A stretch of 10,859 nt of DNA, taken from Octopus sinensis (lineage: Eukaryota). The notes under the pieces were generated by a model that ran no database searches, was not told the DNA's origin, and saw only the letters and a program-made list of their open reading frames with translations. A program made the translations under genes and the position numbers. Positions within the stretch are counted from its first letter, which is position 1; each line of letters starts with the position of its first letter. The stretch lies in the NCBI RefSeq assembly GCF_006345805.1, contig NW_021827122.1, forward strand, positions 1-10,859, written 5' to 3'. Below are positions 7,653 through 10,859 of this stretch, piece after piece.

Positions 7653-8060
7653 TACTCTTTACTTGTTTCAGTCATTTGACTGCGGCCATGCTGGAGCACC
7701 GCCTTTAGTCGAGCAAATCGATCCCGGGACTTATTCTTTGAAAGCCTAGGACTTATTCTATCGGTCTCTTAGGCCGAACCGCTAAGTTACGGGGACGTAA
7801 ACACACCAGCATCCGTTGTCAAGCGATGTTTGGAGGGAAAACACAGACACACAACCATATACACATACATACATATATAGATATACATATATACGATGAG
7901 CTTCTTTCAGTTTCTGTCTACCAAATCCACTCACAAGGCTTTGGTCAGTCCCAGGCTGGCTATAGTAGAAGACACTTGCCCAAGGTGCCACGCAGTGGGA
8001 CTGAACCCGGAGTCATGTGGCTAGTAAGCAAGCTACTTACCACACAGCCACTCATGCGCC
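7653..8060 (-). mobile_element. tRNA-derived SINE, family A, full-length
   Basis: Reverse complement starts GGCGCATGAGTGGCTGTGTGGTAAGTAGC (A-box TGGCTGTGTGG), has B-box GGGTTCAGTCCC, an internal (TA)/(TG) tract, and ends AAACAAGTAAAGAGTA; homologous to 178-572. Confidence 0.92.
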
Positions 8061-8627
8061 TGTATGTTAGTTGAAACACGGCGATTAAATGACCTTATCT
8101 TTGTATTTAGTAGACAAATGCTCCCTTTGTGTATGTTTAAAACCCACATTCAACAAACATGGTCGGTAGTAAAGACATTTGATAGTGTGTTGTAGGGGAA
8201 CGAAGTTGAGGGCAAGAAAGAGAGGTCTGCATAACTCACTGTAACAGACTATGGATCGCCGTGTGCTTATAATATATTTGAATAATTACTTAAGTATAAG
8301 AAGCCAATGAGTGTGAAATCAGATCTAACGAGAAAACAACCTCTACCTGGTTACTTCTTGATCTGCTGAGCATAGTAGCCAAATATCCGTCAGATCATCG
8401 CTCTGGTGTCTTTAAACGAAGATAGACGTTGGATGATGTTGTTCAGAAAATATAATTACATACTGGAGAGAGGGAATAATGAAGGAGGAACGGTCACAAA
8501 CAAGAGAAGGTGATAACGGTTCGTAGATATGCTCGATCAGGGCGGACATGGGATGAGGGCTAGAGAAGTAGTTTGTGTACTAGAAGAGGAGGATCATGGG
8601 GAAGGGGGATGAAGTTGAAGCTATGAT

Positions 8628-8827
8628 AAGAAGAAAGAGGAGGGGAAGAAGAAGAGGAAAGAAGAAGAAGAAGAAGAAGAAGAAGAATAAGAAGAAGAAG
8701 AAGAAGAAAAGAAGAAAGAAAAAAAGAAGAAAAGAAGAAGAAGAAGAAGAAGAAAAGGAAAATGAAGAAGAAGAAGAAGAAGAAGAAGAAGAAGAAGAAG
8801 AAGAAGAAGAAGAAGAAGAAGAAGAAA
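8628..8827. repeat. ~200-bp homopurine tract with pure (GAA)21 at 8764-8826
   Basis: Read directly; only two T interruptions seen; source of the poly-K/E and poly-F ORFs. Confidence 0.97.
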
Positions 8828-9111
8828 ATTATGAACACTGTGCGGTGATTTGTAACACTCGAAACTGATATAAGGTTACGTGCTCTTTCGGAAACCTTGA
8901 ATTCACGCATGTGTGGGTATGTGGATGGGGCCTATTAAAAGGATGGGAGCGGGACTTATTAAAAGATGATTGTGCATATGTCACTTCTCGGAGTTTCTTG
9001 TTCGCGACCTTCAGGAGAATATTTCCTGAATGTGGAGAAGATATTTCAAGTAATTACACGCGGAGAATTGACTTCAAACTAGCAACAAGAATAATAATAA
9101 TTATTATTATT

Positions 9112-9328
9112 CTCCTTTCTGCTATAGGCACAAGGCCTGAAATTTGTGGGGAGAGGACCTAGTCGATTACGTCGATCCAAGTGTTATACTGGTACTTAAT
9201 TTATCGACCCCGAAACGATGAAAAGCAAAGTTGACTTCAGCAGAATTTGAACTCACAACGTAGCGACGAGCGAAATGCTACTAAACATTTCGTCCAACGC
9301 GCTAACGATTCTGCCAGCCTGCCGCCTT
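9112..9328 (-). mobile_element. tRNA-derived SINE, family B, full-length, tail type 2, between AAT tracts
   Basis: Reverse complement: AAGGCGGCAGGCTGGCAGAATCGTTAGC...GAGTTCAAATTCTGC...GGGGTCGATAAATTAAGTACCAG...ATCGACGTAATCGACTAGGTCCTCTCCCCACAAATTTCAGGCCTTGTGCCTATAGCAGAAAGGAG. Head and core match 1713-1944; the tail differs. Confidence 0.9.
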
Positions 9329-9335
9329 AAATATT

Positions 9336-9358
9336 AATATAATAATAATAATAATAAT

Positions 9359-9423
<65 letters not shown>
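9336..9423. repeat. (AAT)n tract
   Basis: Read directly. Confidence 0.96.
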
Positions 9424-9424
<1 letters not shown>

Positions 9425-9716
9425 CTACTGAAATATTTACCTACGAGAGTGTGTAGTTTGGTAGTATGAACAGGATAAATGGAACTCAAAAACATGTTTT
9501 TTAAACATGTTTTTATTTTTATTTTTAATCGGCAGAAGTTATACATTTATTTATTGAATTGGTTAACGAGCAGACTATTTGAGCCAAAAAAATTATTATT
9601 CACGAGATCTTCTAATTTTAATTTTTTTTCTCAAACAACATAATATAATATATATTATACATAAATTCTCATATTTGAAGCCAGTTTCATAGGTATATAT
9701 GAGTACATGAGTATGC

Positions 9717-9718
<2 letters not shown>

Positions 9719-9749
<31 letters not shown>

Positions 9750-9801
9750 TGTGTGTGTGTGTATGTATGTGTGTGTGTGTGTATGTGTGTGTGTGTGTGT
9801 G
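9719..9801. repeat. (TATG)n/(TG)n compound microsatellite
   Basis: Read directly. Confidence 0.95.
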
Positions 9802-9949
9802 AGTGCAATACATGCACGCGCAGACACATGTCTTTGGCGCTGAAAATTTTTTATGCGAGTTGCAGGTGTGCTTATGTTTCTTTGCATGTGGAGTAATGCT
9901 GTGCTCTGAGCGTATTTGATATTGCTGCACGAATTTTGATGCAACCGAG

Positions 9950-9968
9950 AAGTAGCAGTAGCAGTAGC

Positions 9969-10007
<39 letters not shown>

Positions 10008-10020
10008 TAGCACCAGCAGC
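9950..10020. repeat. (AGC/AGT)n triplet repeat
   Basis: Read directly; one extra T at about 10008. Confidence 0.93.
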
Positions 10021-10128
10021 ATCAGTGTAAAAGCTGACCTCTCTCCTGACATATGTTTACCGAAAGCTACAGGCATCGCTCCTACACTGCCAGCTGGATT
10101 AAAGCAAACTAAACGATCTCTCTGCCAG

Positions 10129-10233
10129 TACCATAGCGATGTTGTTAAGCTCCCAGCGAGCCGAGTTTGTGAACCGGTTTCAAGTCCCTGTTGGCTCCAA
10201 TGTATTTGTTTCATCTGAAGAGACGATCAGTAG
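10129..10233 (+). CDS. Candidate 105-nt coding exon (phase 2-2, or first coding exon from ATG 10139): TIAMLLSSQRAEFVNRFQVPVGSNVFVSSEETIS; product unknown
   Basis: ACTAAAC branch-like motif and TCTCTCTGCCAG| acceptor ending 10128; donor TAG|GTAACA at 10234; open frame of ordinary composition in repeat-free, CpG-retaining sequence. No family recognised. Confidence 0.35.
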
Positions 10234-10669
10234 GTAACATCCTGTAGTGTGAATGGTAAAACGGCAGGCTCCCTCGTTCGTGTTATTCACATCACAAGAC
10301 TGCAATATTGACCTAACGAACGTACGGGCGACCCAGAAGGTTGCAAACGTGGAGAAGGAATTTAGTGCAGGATTTTTGCGGTTTGCGAAATGAGATAAGA
10401 TGAACGAGATAAAAAAAATTAAATAAATAAGTACGTAAATGGCTGTTAGATTCCTCGTATGGGTTTTGGGTGAAAGAACTATTTAACTTGTTGGCTCAAA
10501 GACACAAGAACCGTTCTCGAAGCAATGAAAGAAACTCTTAAATCAGCGTTGCTTGTGAAAAACAATAAATGACGTTGCCGTTGCTATCATCCTTGCTGTT
10601 GTATAGCTGCAAACCAACCGCTAAGTCGCGTACTTATGACAAGAGGTTATCCATCCATGATAATCTCGT

Positions 10670-10710
10670 TTCTCTCTCTATATATATACATACATACATA
10701 CATATATATA
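10670..10710. repeat. (TC)/(TA)/(CATA) compound microsatellite
   Basis: Read directly. Confidence 0.9.
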
Positions 10711-10859
10711 TTATTCAAAGGAATTCCAACTCTGTTTTTTTATGTTTTATTTATATTCTTTATAATATTAATGTAGGATATAGAATATATAGTATAAAAA
10801 GTATGTATAGTAGTATAATGAGATGAAGTACTAATTGTTTTATTGAATAGATGAAATAT

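Noticed and set aside
8300-8460. Possible old dispersed repeat (TTGATCTGCTGAGCATAGTAGCCAAATATCC...)
   Set aside because: Resembles a remembered octopus repeat, but there is no second copy or structural hallmark in the window to support it.
8560-8910. Poly-K/E and poly-F/L ORFs
   Set aside because: Products of the (GAA)n homopurine tract.
9687-10214. 175-aa minus-strand ORF, the longest in the track
   Set aside because: About half is poly-Thr and HT/YI repeat translation; the unique part has no recognisable motif. Kept only as an alternative reading in the 9830-10440 finding.
1-10859. CRISPR array, rRNA, operon, terminator or telomeric (TTAGGG)n
   Set aside because: No regularly spaced repeat-spacer units, rRNA motifs or telomere repeats; the DNA is eukaryotic and repeat-rich.

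Overview
Eukaryotic, AT-rich DNA dense in microsatellites and retroposons, with no complete gene and no prokaryotic-type features. The tRNA-derived SINE families and the abundance of (AAT)n, (CATA)n and (GT)n tracts resemble an octopus/coleoid cephalopod intron or intergenic region; this taxon call is pattern recognition, not a search result. Main contents: (i) about eight copies or fragments of two tRNA-derived SINE families that share a core and a GTCGA-N5-TCGAC stem-loop but differ in heads and tails, including a monomer with a perfect 19-bp target-site duplication (TSD) and a head-to-tail dimer with a perfect 15-bp TSD; (ii) a 5'-truncated, decayed R4/Dong-type non-LTR retrotransposon (restriction-like endonuclease C-terminus plus structured 3' UTR) inside a (TAA)n tract, followed directly by a second, ~540-bp non-coding element also bracketed by (TAA)n; (iii) a third tRNA-like SINE head fused to an inverted tail-like segment; (iv) many simple repeats, including a ~200-bp homopurine (GAA)n tract; (v) low-confidence, phase-compatible candidate + strand exons (7046-7102, 10129-10233) of an unidentified host gene. 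Most ORFs in the supplied track are microsatellite read-throughs or antisense shadows of repeats.
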